From positions 34,749 through 98,748 of the forward strand of contig CAVRJG010000008.1 of the NCBI GenBank assembly GCA_963721455.1: 64,000 nt of DNA, given 5' to 3'. The DNA is from an uncultured Methanosarcinaceae archaeon. GTDB lineage: Archaea > Halobacteriota > Methanosarcinia > Methanosarcinales > Methanosarcinaceae. The notes beneath the pieces are model-generated. The model had not been told where the DNA came from, ran no database searches, and was given only the letters and a program-made list of their open reading frames with translations. Positions 44,330 through 54,846 of this stretch are shown here, one piece after another; position 1 is the stretch's first letter; every line of letters starts with the position of its first letter. The position numbers and the translations under genes are program-made.

Positions 44330-45508
44330 TTTTATTGGGAAACTTGACATAAACAAAGGCCTAATTGAAAGTCAGAAAACAGTGATCTCAAACAAAAGAG
44401 TTCGCTCTATATGGGAATATGGAAATTCTGCATCACTTAACTTCGCAATTCAAGACCTGGTTCCCCTTCTTCAGACAGCTTTTGGTGAAATATGGGAAGA
44501 AGTGTATGCTCTTGCATTAATACGTATTACTGGCTATGTTCCCTTGAAAAGAGCAAATCTTGCTTGGGAAAAACTCTACCCTATATCAGGGATTACTCCT
44601 TCAATGAATCCCATGGCATTATCCAAAGTGCTAAAAAAGGTTGGGATTAATCGTAAAGGACAGAATCTTGTCTTCAAAGGATTGTCCAGTGAAGATAAAC
44701 ACCTTGTTTATGACCTGAGTGCTATCTTTACCCGTTCAGAAGCTATAAATTTCGCTGAAAAGGGATATAATAAGGAACATTTTCACATCCCTCAAGTAAA
44801 CTTTGCACTTTTCTGTACAGCTAATGAGAACTTGCCAACAATGGTGAGAATTCTTCCTGGATCTGTGAGAGACATTAAGTCACTTGCACTTTCAATCCAG
44901 GAAATTGGAGTTGAAAACAAGACCGTGATACTTGATAGGGGTTTTTATTCCCAGGGTTCGATTAAAACCTTGAATGAGCACAAATTAAATTTTATTATCC
45001 CAACAAAAAGAAACAGTACTCTGTACAATGAACAAATTAGCCTGTCTGAACATTTCTTCTACCACGAAAGACTCATAAAATGTGGGAAGGAAAAGCGTGG
45101 GGCGAATATCCTATATCTTTTTGAGGACAGTGAAATGAAAAAAGAAGAGGAATACACCCTCTATAAACGACACGATGACAATAATATAAACAGTGATGCA
45201 TTCAACAAAAACCTGAGTAAAGCTGGGAAAATCTTGCTTGTATCAAATGTAGATTTGGCACCTGAAGATGTTTTTCTTATGTACAAAAAAGAGATACTGT
45301 GGAAAAACATTATGACACTTACAAGAATATGTTGGAAGCAGACAAGCTTTATTTACAGGATAACGAATCGCTTTTTGGTCACCTTTTCATCTCATTTTTG
45401 TCCCCTTACGGTTATGTAAAAATTCAAAACTGTATAAAAAAAGCTGATCTAACAAGTAAGTATTCCCCAAGAGACCTTATCGAACAATTCCGCAAAGTTT
45501 TAATTTAA
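44330..45508 (+). mobile_element. Truncated, frameshifted IS1634-like transposase
   Basis: WEYG, VYDLS, KGYNKE, LPGSVRD, ILDRGFYS, then YKK|RDTVEKHYDTYKN after a frameshift in the A6 run near 45285; no intact ends seen. Confidence 0.8.
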
Positions 45509-45542
45509 ACAGGCATATTTAGGCAGATACAGATTTAAAAAA

Positions 45543-46142
45543 TCAAGGTTTTGCCCTTATTTTCCTGAAAACGTCCTTAAAAGCCAGTTTTTTTGCTTCC
45601 TTAATGGTGAAGCCGGCATCTTCGATATTCTTCACGGTATGCCGGGTCGTATGATCCCCAAGCAGGAAAAACAGAACCGGATTAATTAAGTCCTCAAATC
45701 GGGCAATAAGAGGGTAGCTGCTGTGCACGTGCTCAAGGGCTATCAACTCCCCCGACGGTTTCAGGACGCGCCTCATTTCTTTGAGAGCTTTCACGGGATC
45801 AGGGATTGTGCAGAGGACAAAAGTAGTAACCACATAATCAAAGCTGTTGTCAGGGAATTCCAGGTGCTCGGCATCCATAAGTAAAAGAGTTACATTTTTC
45901 ATGTCGGTGGCTTTCTCTCGGGCTTTTTCAAGCATCCCTTCGCTCTTGTCGATTCCTGTTACCGAACATCCCGTCGGATAATACTTAAGATTCCTTCCGG
46001 TGCCCATCCCGACTTCCAGAACTTTTCCATTCAGGTTTGAAAGTGCCTCTTTTCTCCACTTCCGGAAAAAGAAAAGCTCCAGCGGCAAATCTATCAGCTC
46101 ATAGATGGGCGCTATTCGGTTGTACTTTGAAACCACAGACAT
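45543..46142 (-). CDS. Class I SAM-dependent methyltransferase
   Basis: VLEVGMGTG, GID.S, DAEHL.FPDNSFD and RVLKPSG. Confidence 0.9.
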   Translation of the reverse strand: MSVVSKYNRIAPIYELIDLPLELFFFRKWRKEALSNLNGKVLEVGMGTGRNLKYYPTGCSVTGIDKSEGMLEKAREKATDMKNVTLLLMDAEHLEFPDNSFDYVVTTFVLCTIPDPVKALKEMRRVLKPSGELIALEHVHSSYPLIARFEDLINPVLFFLLGDHTTRHTVKNIEDAGFTIKEAKKLAFKDVFRKIRAKP

Positions 46143-46574
46143 TAGATAAATTTACGCTTTCCTTCTCATTAGCTTTTCTGGATATAGGAGGAAACCGAAC
46201 AGGTCAGTAATCAGGACAAATTTTCCGGAATTTATAACTAAAAAGGCAAGCCCCCACCTGATACAGTTACTTTACAGGAAAACTCCCTGAAACCGATTCA
46301 TATTTAAGCGTTCGGAATAATACCACGCTGCAGATTTTATAACATCCGGCTCGTTTACAGCATAAGAGCAAATAAAACGTGAGCGAGATCATCACATACT
46401 TACATAATACTTATACCCTATACGGAAAAATATACGACATCAAACCGGGGCAAACCCAAAGATACCATTCAGTCTCACAGGCATTACTATTCCAAGTCTT
46501 ACAGACATTACTATTCCAATACAGATTTTCACGCATACAGATTAATTTCACAAAGATTACAAAGAGGAAACCCG

Positions 46575-48050
46575 ATGAGCAACATATTACGCAGAGGAAG
46601 GCTGGAAGCCGCCCAGGACGAGGAAATTTTACGTTACACCTCCTCCATGGAGGCTGACAGGTGGATTTTTGATGCTGATATAGCAGTGGACCTTGCTCAC
46701 ACAGTAATGCTGGAAGAGCAGGGCATTATAAATGAGGAGGACTGCAGCAAAATCCTTAGCGGGCTTTTGAAAATCAGGGAAGAGGGGATGGAAAAGCTCG
46801 ATTTCAGCTACGAAGACATTCATATCTCCCTTGAGTCCAGGCTCATCGATATGGTTGGAGAAGACGTAGGGGGCAGGATGCACTCGGGACGTTCCAGAAA
46901 CGATGAGGTTGCGACCTGCATCAGGCTCACCCTTAGAGAGGAACTGACCGGGCTGCTTGAGGAGATATTTAAGCTCAGGCAGACTCTTCTGTCCCTTGCA
47001 GAAAAACATACCGAAACTCTCATGCCTGGTTTTACTCACCTGCAGCATGCCCAGCCGACAACCCTTGCGCATCACCTGTGCGCCCACGAAGCTGCTATCG
47101 GGAGGGACTTTGACCGGGTTCAGGACGCTTATTCAAGGGTAAACCTCTGCCCTCTCGGGGCTGCTGCGTTTGCCTCCACGGGTTTTAACCTCAACAGGAA
47201 AAGGACTCAGGAACTTCTGGGCTTTGCAGGCTTACTGGAAAACTCGATGGATGCGGTCAGCAGCAGGGACTTTCTTATTGAGTGCGCCTCAGTATTTACA
47301 AACCTCATGATAAACCTGAGCAGGATGGCCGAAGAACTTGTGGTCTGGTCGTCTTCAGAATTCAATTTCGTAGAACTCGATGATATGTATGCCTCTACCT
47401 CCTCGATTATGCCCCAGAAAAAAAATCCTGATACTGCCGAACTCATGCGCGGAAAAACAGGAGTAGCCGTTGGAGCGCTTATGTCCCTGGTTACGATCTG
47501 CAAGGGCCTGCCCCTGAGTTATAACCGGGACCTGCAAGAAGCAACTCCGAATATCTGGCGCTCTGTAGAAACTGTCAGGGCTTCAATAAGGGTTATGGGA
47601 GGTATGGTAAGGACCATGAAAGTCCACCCCGAAGTGCTTGCTGTCCAGTCAGTCGCAGGTTTTACGACAGCTACCGAACTTGCGGACACCTTTGTCCGGG
47701 AAACCGGAATCCCCTTCAGGACTGCCCACCAGATCGTCGGGATGCTTGCAAGGGAAAAGGAAAAACCCACCATCGAAAAGATCGATTCCGTGGCCGAAAT
47801 TGTTCTGGGCGAATCTCTTTCAAGCAGGGGGCTGACAGAAAAGATGGTAAAGGAAGCCCTTGATCCGGTTTCGAACATAAAGAGAAGAAAAATTGCTGGC
47901 GGGCCCGCCCCTGAGGAAATGCGGCATTACCTCTCTAAAAGGCAGACTGACCTTGAACTTAATAAGCAGGAAATTGCGACCCTGAAAGACATGACCGACT
48001 CGGCTTTTGAAAATCTGCTTGCAGTCGTCAACGAGTACAGGAAAGCTTGA
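46575..48050 (+). CDS. argH: Argininosuccinate lyase
   Basis: HSGRSRND, PGFTHLQHAQ, SSIMPQKKNP and YNRDLQE. Confidence 0.97.
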   Translation: MSNILRRGRLEAAQDEEILRYTSSMEADRWIFDADIAVDLAHTVMLEEQGIINEEDCSKILSGLLKIREEGMEKLDFSYEDIHISLESRLIDMVGEDVGGRMHSGRSRNDEVATCIRLTLREELTGLLEEIFKLRQTLLSLAEKHTETLMPGFTHLQHAQPTTLAHHLCAHEAAIGRDFDRVQDAYSRVNLCPLGAAAFASTGFNLNRKRTQELLGFAGLLENSMDAVSSRDFLIECASVFTNLMINLSRMAEELVVWSSSEFNFVELDDMYASTSSIMPQKKNPDTAELMRGKTGVAVGALMSLVTICKGLPLSYNRDLQEATPNIWRSVETVRASIRVMGGMVRTMKVHPEVLAVQSVAGFTTATELADTFVRETGIPFRTAHQIVGMLAREKEKPTIEKIDSVAEIVLGESLSSRGLTEKMVKEALDPVSNIKRRKIAGGPAPEEMRHYLSKRQTDLELNKQEIATLKDMTDSAFENLLAVVNEYRKA

Positions 48051-48067
48051 GTGTTCAGTAAGCACGA

Positions 48068-48183
48068 AAAACACATTTAGTTTTAATAAAACACATTTAG
48101 TTTTAATATTACTTTGACCTCTTAGTATCACACAAAATACCCAGGTATCACATAATAACACCTGGTATCACACAAAAATACCT
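48068..48183. repeat. Two sets of 20-bp tandem repeats between argH and gatD
   Basis: AAAACACATTTAGTTTTAAT twice; GTATCACA at 48125, 48145 and 48165. Confidence 0.8.
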
Positions 48184-48230
48184 ATTATCTATGCAGCATT
48201 TCAAAAAATTTATCATAAAAGGGATTATTC

Positions 48231-49505
48231 ATGGAATTCAAACAGGGCGACTGGGTACGTATTGAAAAGAACGGCACTGTCTACGAAGGCAAAGTGATGC
48301 CGTCGATGGAAGGATATATTACAATAAAAATGAAAAGCGGTTATAATGCCGGTTTTTCCACGGATAAAGTCAGGATAACTCTTCTGGAAAACAATGGAGA
48401 AATTGCAAACGGAGGCATGAACGGCGGGAAGGAATGCAAGCCGGCAAGAGAGGAAACATCAGAGCCTGGAAAAAAGCTTCCGAAAGTCGCAATTCTTTCC
48501 ACAGGCGGAACGATTGCCAGCAAAATCGACTACAGGACAGGTGCAGTCACATCTCAGTTTACTGCTGACGATATCCTTGCCGCTATCCCTGAACTCAAGA
48601 AAATAGCGGATTTTAAAGGCAGGGTAATCTCAAGCATCCTTTCGGAAAATATGGATCCGGAATCCTGGCAAAACCTTGCCCGCGCAGTTGTGGAAGAAAT
48701 AGAAGCAGGAGCTGACGGAGTGATCGTAACCCACGGCACGGACACCATGATGTACACTGCTGCAGCCCTTTCGTTCATGATCAAAACGCCTGTGCCTATT
48801 GTTCTGGTAGGTTCCCAGAGAAGTGCAGACCGTCCCAGCAGCGACAACGCTATGAACGCGATCTGTGCAGCCCTGGTGGCTATAAGCGACATTGCCGAAG
48901 TTTCCGTTGTCATGCACGGCACAACCTCGGACAACTTTTGTGAGATTCACCGCGGAACTAAAGTCCGGAAAATGCATACTTCCCGCAGGGACGCTTTCAA
49001 GTCCGTAAACTCCCTTCCAATTGGGGTTGTGGACTACAATACAGGGGAAATAAAAACTTTCATTGATTATGCCAGACGTGGAGAGGTATCTCTCAAATTC
49101 AAGCCAGGCATGGAACCTAAATGTGCCCTTGTTAAGTTTACGCCCGGTTCAGATCCCGAAATCCTTGACTGCTACATCAAAGGCGGTTACAGAGGGCTGG
49201 TTCTCGAAGGTACAGGCCTCGGGCACGTTTCTACGAAATGGATCCCCATGGTCCGGAAAGCTACGGATGCAAAAATGCCTGTGATAGTGACATCACAGTG
49301 CCTTAGCGGCAGAATCTGCGACCGCGTCTATGATACCGGCCGTGATATGCTGAAAGCCGGTGCGATCGAAGGGGAAGATACCCTGCCCGAAACGGCACTT
49401 GTCAAACTTATGTGGGTTCTCGGCCAGACCGATGAATTCGACAAAGCCATCGAAATGCTCAGGGAAGACATTAGCGGGGAAATTACTGAGTGCTGTTTTA
49501 AGTAA
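48231..49505 (+). CDS. gatD: Glu-tRNA(Gln) amidotransferase subunit D
   Basis: [10 protein letters not shown]-domain, [18 protein letters not shown] and [11 protein letters not shown]. Confidence 0.96.
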   Translation: MEFKQGDWVRIEKNGTVYEGKVMPSMEGYITIKMKSGYNAGFSTDKVRITLLENNGEIANGGMNGGKECKPAREETSEPGKKLPKVAILSTGGTIASKIDYRTGAVTSQFTADDILAAIPELKKIADFKGRVISSILSENMDPESWQNLARAVVEEIEAGADGVIVTHGTDTMMYTAAALSFMIKTPVPIVLVGSQRSADRPSSDNAMNAICAALVAISDIAEVSVVMHGTTSDNFCEIHRGTKVRKMHTSRRDAFKSVNSLPIGVVDYNTGEIKTFIDYARRGEVSLKFKPGMEPKCALVKFTPGSDPEILDCYIKGGYRGLVLEGTGLGHVSTKWIPMVRKATDAKMPVIVTSQCLSGRICDRVYDTGRDMLKAGAIEGEDTLPETALVKLMWVLGQTDEFDKAIEMLREDISGEITECCFK

Positions 49506-49544
49506 AAAGGAAAAAAATCAAGATGAGAATGTAAAAAGAGAAAT

Positions 49545-49662
49545 CCATTGGTCATCGGTTAAGGATTTATTTCCTTCTCCTCTTACTTTTTTTGGATCCA
49601 ATCCTTCATTTCTACCGGGGAATGCGTGTTTGAAGGAATTGGAAACAAGTTCGTTAATAATT
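49545..49662 (-). pseudogene. Histidine-kinase HATPase fragment
   Basis: The minus strand reads IINELVSNSFKHAFPGRNEG, near-identical to the N-box of the kinase at 4140-8123; it ends at the MITE. Confidence 0.7.
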
Positions 49663-49667
49663 GATCC

Positions 49668-49817
49668 GGTTGTGGTGCAAAAAATCTAGCTTTGTTACAA
49701 AATCGGGGTAAACCTTCACAATTAGGAAATTTAATCAATCTCATCGCAGGGAAAAAGGTACACAAAGGTAAAAATCATAGTATCAAACTGCGGAAATATT
49801 ATTTTTGCACCACAACC
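49668..49817. mobile_element. MITE-like element, copy 1
   Basis: TIR GTTGTGGTGCAAAAA / TTTTTGCACCACAAC; 148-bp core; second copy at 51545-51692. Confidence 0.85.
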
Positions 49818-50121
49818 CGAAAATCTGCAGTTATTATCTCAACTGAAGCTTCGGGAAATGGATGCTGGAAGTTTTCAATGAAGGCAAAAGGTCGAAAATT
49901 GTAGGATATTTCAAACACATGTTTGAGTAACTAGGGCGGTTTTCAGAAAAAACGATAGCAGGAAAAATTGTGAAAATTGAAAGGACATCTGCGGAAAGTG
50001 GGGTCTAAGCCAGCTGTAAAGCTCTAATATATCTGTTTATACATCCCAGATCCATCCAGTTAGCATACTTTCTTTGGTCGTTTTTTCATAAGAAACGGGC
50101 TTAGACAGCTATAATGGGGCA

Positions 50122-51327
50122 TTAGAAGGTAAGGTCAATTATTTTAATCACATCCTCTATGATTAGAAGGCCTTTCTCTAACTCACCCTTCTTAATGTTT
50201 AGCGCGGGAAATATCCTAATTCCATTACCCTGAGTTTGAGTGACAAATAAGCCTCTTGCCAAACACTCATTTTTGACATTTGTAGCGATGTCTTCTCTCT
50301 GGAATTCAACCATAATAAGGAGTCCTTTTCCCCGTATGTCGGCAATCACATTTCCATAAATTTTCGGCCACAAGCTCATTCTTTTCAGGGCAAGACAGCT
50401 CATTTCTTCTACATTTCTGGAAATGTTGTTATCTATCAGGTATTTTATCACTGCGTAGGAAACGGCACAACCAAGAGGGTTGCCACAGTATGTACCTCCA
50501 TGATCGCCTATTTCGAGCTTCTTTGCGACAGTCTCAGATAAGGCGAAAGCACCAAACGGAAAACCACCTGCAATTCCCTTTGCCATTGTCAGAAAGTCTG
50601 CTCTCACCCCATAGGAACTTGTAACAAAAGCTGGTCCTGTTCTAAAAAAGCCAGTTTGGATCTCATCCATGATCAGCAGGCTTCCATTCTTCTTACACAG
50701 GTTATCTACCTCTTTCAGGTATCCTTCGGATGGTACACGAACTCCACCTTCTCCCTGAATAGGTTCAATAATTACTGCCGCAACATTCTCATCCAGAGAA
50801 TGTTTCATAGCCTCTAGGTCATCATAGGGAACGAACCGATAATTGGGCATCAGAGGACTATACCTGTCCCTATGCTTGGCCTGACCTGTGGCCGATGTTG
50901 TACTGATCGTACGCCCATGAAAGCTTTGATCTGTAGAAATTATATCGGGTCTGCCTGTTACCTTTCGAGCAAGTTTAATGGCAGCGTCGTTCGCTTCAGC
51001 TCCGCTATTTGTGAAGAATACTCTTGTAAGATTGGGAGGTAGAATTCCTACCAGTAAGGACAGTAGACGTGCACGTGCCGGAGAATATGTAAGTCCTGAA
51101 TTGGGGTTTTGAATTATCTTTCTTCCCTGATCAATCAGGGCATCAATGATGACTTGGTTAGCGTGACCAATACATGTTACACCCCAACCTGATGTGAAAT
51201 CAATATACATCTTCCCTTCTTCGTCCCACACATAAATTCCCTCTCCTTTTTCAATGGAGATTTTTTGCTTCACAAAGAAAGGTGGAAGACACTTATCTTC
51301 TATTTCGAATGTTGTCTTGCTTGACAT
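50122..51327 (-). CDS. Class III PLP aminotransferase (ArgD/acetylornithine-like)
   Basis: NSGAEAN, SFHGRT, EPIQGEGG, DEIQTG, AKGIAGG and HGGTYCGNP. Confidence 0.9.
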   Translation of the reverse strand: MSSKTTFEIEDKCLPPFFVKQKISIEKGEGIYVWDEEGKMYIDFTSGWGVTCIGHANQVIIDALIDQGRKIIQNPNSGLTYSPARARLLSLLVGILPPNLTRVFFTNSGAEANDAAIKLARKVTGRPDIISTDQSFHGRTISTTSATGQAKHRDRYSPLMPNYRFVPYDDLEAMKHSLDENVAAVIIEPIQGEGGVRVPSEGYLKEVDNLCKKNGSLLIMDEIQTGFFRTGPAFVTSSYGVRADFLTMAKGIAGGFPFGAFALSETVAKKLEIGDHGGTYCGNPLGCAVSYAVIKYLIDNNISRNVEEMSCLALKRMSLWPKIYGNVIADIRGKGLLIMVEFQREDIATNVKNECLARGLFVTQTQGNGIRIFPALNIKKGELEKGLLIIEDVIKIIDLTF

Positions 51328-51542
51328 TATGAATCATTTCCTCTACAGCTAACCGAAAGAAACCTGAGGGTAGCACCTAAATGTTGCTCGTCTCAGACTC
51401 ATCGTTCGGTATCACTGAATTTAATTGAATTTATCCCACTTTATCAATCTGTTGATCTCTGAAAAGTCGAATCTATAATAGTGTTCAGTTCCTGAAGACT
51501 TTACATAACTTTGATTCCAGACTAAACTTTACTCCAATAATA

Positions 51543-51694
51543 GAGTTGTGGTGCAAAAAATCTAGCTTTGTTACAAAATCAGTGTAAACCTTCACAATTA
51601 GGAAAGTTAATCAATCTCATCGCCGGGAAAAAGGTGCACAAAGGTAAAAATCATAGTATCAAACTGCGGAAATATTATTTTTGCACCACAACTC
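51543..51694. mobile_element. MITE-like element, copy 2
   Basis: Same 148-bp core and orientation as copy 1 with 5 substitutions by eye. Confidence 0.85.
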
Positions 51695-52484
51695 ATTTCT
51701 CCGGATAAGCCTCAATTTCTAGCCTTTTCATCTGGACATGGACGTATCCTTTGTTATCAGGGGGATAACTCCTCACAAAAAGAGCTACCAATTCTTTTAT
51801 AAAATCCTCTTTCAACTCTTGGGGTACCTGTTGTGTATAAGGATGCCAGGTTGAAGCAATTGAAGCGAAAAGTCCCTTTTCTCCGTCAAGGGCCATGTCT
51901 TTTGAGATCAGTTCCAAACGCTGAATTGAAAAACCTGCATCTTTCAGCCATTTACCGTATTCTTCAGGTCCATAAAAGCCATATGGAAATACAAAATCCC
52001 TGAAATAAGAGCTCCATTTTTCATCTTCAAGCATGAAGTCAACAATTTTGAAGACTTCCGCAGCGTTTCCCCTCCCTCCAAACTGGGCCAGAAACACTCC
52101 ATCGGGTTTGAGACTTTTCCAAAAGCCCTTCAGAGCAGTTTCAGGAGCCTTTATCCAATGAAGAACAGCGTTGGAAAAGACAACATCGAATTCAGAATCA
52201 AAAGTAAGTTCACTTGCGTTTATCTGCATAAAAGCAAGGTTTGGGAACTTCTCTTGAGGATAATGATTTCTGGCAAAAGTAATCATTTCTTCTGAGAGAT
52301 CGATTCCTAGAACAGAGCCTTCAGGTAGGTTTCTTGCTATTTCAGCACTAAGCTTTCCATCACCACAGCCAACGTCCAGAAATCTTTCATTTCCTTTGAA
52401 ATGCAGTTTTGCAAGAAGTTCAAAACCCCAGTTTTTTTGTGCTAAGGAATTAGAAGAATAAAGTTTTGGATCCCAGGAATACAT
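51693..52484 (-). CDS. Trans-aconitate-methyltransferase-like SAM methyltransferase
   Basis: WDP..Y, LDVGCGDG and FDVVFSNAVLHW. Confidence 0.88.
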   Translation of the reverse strand: MYSWDPKLYSSNSLAQKNWGFELLAKLHFKGNERFLDVGCGDGKLSAEIARNLPEGSVLGIDLSEEMITFARNHYPQEKFPNLAFMQINASELTFDSEFDVVFSNAVLHWIKAPETALKGFWKSLKPDGVFLAQFGGRGNAAEVFKIVDFMLEDEKWSSYFRDFVFPYGFYGPEEYGKWLKDAGFSIQRLELISKDMALDGEKGLFASIASTWHPYTQQVPQELKEDFIKELVALFVRSYPPDNKGYVHVQMKRLEIEAYPEK

Positions 52485-52813
52485 AAAAACTATTTGTATT
52501 TTCTATAAATATTTAACAGTTCCGGCTTCGTCAGGTATCAAATGGTTCTGTGGCAAATGTTATAGAATCTACGTAGCTGAACTGAAAAAATAATTAGCAT
52601 TAAACCTTTTACGGTCTGGAAAATAAGTTTTAACCATGGTGTTTAAGGTCCATCTATTGAGATAAAATGCAAAATGCAGTAGTTTTAGAGGAAAAAACCA
52701 CTGTATTTTTAGCTTGATAATATTCACTTTGTAAAAAACCGATTTTCTGCATCCCTCCAACTGAACCAAAACAAATAATATGTAGGAATCTACCTGAAAC
52801 CTACTTTCCGCAG

Positions 52814-53562
52814 GTGCGACAAGAAGCTATACTATGAATTGCACCATTCGCTACCTCTTCCATTTGAGGTAATCCTACTGTGACATGCATAAATGGTAAC
52901 ATTTGTGTGTGAAGCTCACAGGACACTATCGAGAAATCAAGGAACCTGACTTTGGTAATCGGTTAGGATACGAATACTATGAAGAACATAAAGTGAACCA
53001 TCGTAAGAATCGTGAAGTGGAATAAGCGAAAGCAGGCTGATACGCTTAACCAAAAGGTACAGAATCAGGCTGTAATGGGTCTGCGGACATTATGGCAAAT
53101 GGACAAATGATTCTCGGTTTATAGATGGCTTCTAAGGTATTCACATTATTCGTAGTATGGAACTTGGTAAGCCCTAAATGCTCCCATTATGGGTAGGACT
53201 CCCGCGAGGGATAACGATGGCATTGAGGGTAGAGGATTCAGTAAAAAGCGAATGCCAATCTGTAATGGATTGGATAGAGGTTCAAACTTTGCCTCAATCC
53301 GAAAGGATGCAGACTTACTGATGGTGTTTTCTTGTGTGAATGGAAACAAACCTACAAATGTAAGATACTCAACGACACCAATAGGTGAGAGGCTTACAGA
53401 CAATTATGTTAGTGGGCTGTTATCCGGAACACAAAATCAGTTATGCAAATAACTGGTGCCTGATACAGAAAGGGTTTGAAAACACTCGAGCCGTATGAAG
53501 GGAAACTTTCAAGTACGGTTCCTAGGGGAGAAAGGAGGAGTAATCCTCCCTACTTACCCGAC
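52814..53562 (+). ncRNA. ORF-less group II intron (749 nt)
   Basis: 5' GTGCGAC; domain V GAGCCGTATGAAGGGAAACTTTCAAGTACGGTTC (53488-53521); domain VI ending CCCGAC; EBS1 CTGCGGA (53081-53087) complementary to exon TCCGCAG (52807-52813); no RT ORF. Confidence 0.92.
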
Positions 53563-53975
53563 ATGAGATGACCAAAAGCAAAAGCCAGACAGAAAATATT
53601 AAATTTCGTTTCTGGCTGAATACTATGAGCTCGAATTAATCTCATCACGGTTTTAGCATTAAAGGGATCTTAAAAGATTCGCGAGTAAGCTCAAGATTAA
53701 TATCCGCTAAGATAATGATTGAAACTTTTTTGCTGATTTTCACTGCTGCCACTTTGTCGCGGTTGCTTAGCTTCAATTTAAATTTTGAAACTTTTAAAGA
53801 GTAAAAAAGATAATATTTGATAAAGTAATATAAGAATAATGGTGCGAGCAGAAGCAAGACTGATATCACGTATTCTAAAGGCGACCATTTATACGGCGGA
53901 AAACCCCAATTGAAATGATAAAGGAAAGGTAATCTCAGCAAGTATTGGAATTTAAGAATGGAGTAAGGTGTTTGC

Positions 53976-54449
53976 ATGTCCGAGAACAATCCTACTATAA
54001 CTATATCGTATGAAGGTGGAATGCAGTTTGTTGCAGAGAATAGTACAGGCTGCAAAACTCCCGTAGAGCCAGCTGTTTCTATGGGTGGAAGCGGTAAAAC
54101 CCCAAATCCGGTAGATTATCTGGTCACGGCTCTGGGTAGCTGCATAGGTATTATTATGGTCATGGATATTTCCAAGAAAGGCTTTAAACTGGACTCTTTT
54201 ACAATAAAGATCGATGGTACCAGGAGCAAAATCTGCGAGTGCTTTTTTGAGAAGCTGCATCTTGTAATCACTCTTTCCGGCGACGTGGATGATAACACAG
54301 TCGCTGAGGTAATTCAGGATACTATGATGCATACCTGTCCCATTGCGACGATGTTTAGAAAAACGATGGAAATTACCTGGGAACACCATATTATAGAAGA
54401 TTCGAAAGCAAGATCCACTGAAAAAAGGATTGAAACGTTGGTTTATTGA
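53976..54449 (+). CDS. OsmC-like protein
   Basis: GG.G..PNP...LVTALGSC and second Cys in TCPIA. Confidence 0.85.
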   Translation: MSENNPTITISYEGGMQFVAENSTGCKTPVEPAVSMGGSGKTPNPVDYLVTALGSCIGIIMVMDISKKGFKLDSFTIKIDGTRSKICECFFEKLHLVITLSGDVDDNTVAEVIQDTMMHTCPIATMFRKTMEITWEHHIIEDSKARSTEKRIETLVY

Positions 54450-54735
54450 ATACTCGGTTTCATATTCTCTTTTCAAACTGGCAAGTGTATGCTGCAAGCG
54501 TACACCAAAACTAAGAGTTAAAACCCAAAAAATGATGACAGGGTCAATTTTACGTTCACGTACTATAAGACCAGTTTCTTTAGCAGTTTGCCTTAACCAC
54601 TCTTCGGGAAACATTTCCCGAAGAGAGTCTTCAAGAGTAGGTGGGGGACGGGGAGACATAGATACAGAGATATTCAGGTATTATGATAAAAACATGTACA
54701 AGAAAGGGAATTTAATGCTTATCCGATGACGCATG
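54450..54735 (-). mobile_element. IS4-family (ISH8-like) left end and N-terminal transposase fragment
   Basis: MSPRPPPTLEDSLREMFPEEWLRQTAKETGLIVRERKIDP...; candidate terminus CATGCGTCATCGGATAAGC at 54735; truncated after about 70 aa. Family call is from memory of similar elements. Confidence 0.7.
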
Positions 54736-54825
54736 AAGAAAAATCAAAAGAAGAAAGAAAAATCAAAAGAAGAAGTCGAAAAACAAGTCAAAAACAACCT
54801 GGAAAGATTCCTCAAAAAAGGAGAA

Positions 54826-54846
54826 TGAACCCCCTTAAGGGGTTCA
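54826..54846 (-). terminator. Hairpin overlapping the stop codon of 54844-55692
   Basis: TGAACCCC-CTTAA-GGGGTTCA followed by a T-rich tract on the minus strand. Confidence 0.4.

Noticed and set aside
45280-45300. Programmed frameshift in the transposase
   Set aside because: It falls late in the catalytic domain within an A6 run of an already truncated element; decay or homopolymer error is simpler.
53189-53452. 87-aa ORF inside the intron as an intron-encoded protein
   Set aside because: No RT motifs such as YADD; it mostly overlaps ribozyme domains.
53952-54659. 235-aa minus-strand ORF as a real fusion protein
   Set aside because: Only the first ~70 aa are transposase-like; the rest is antisense read-through over the OsmC-like gene.
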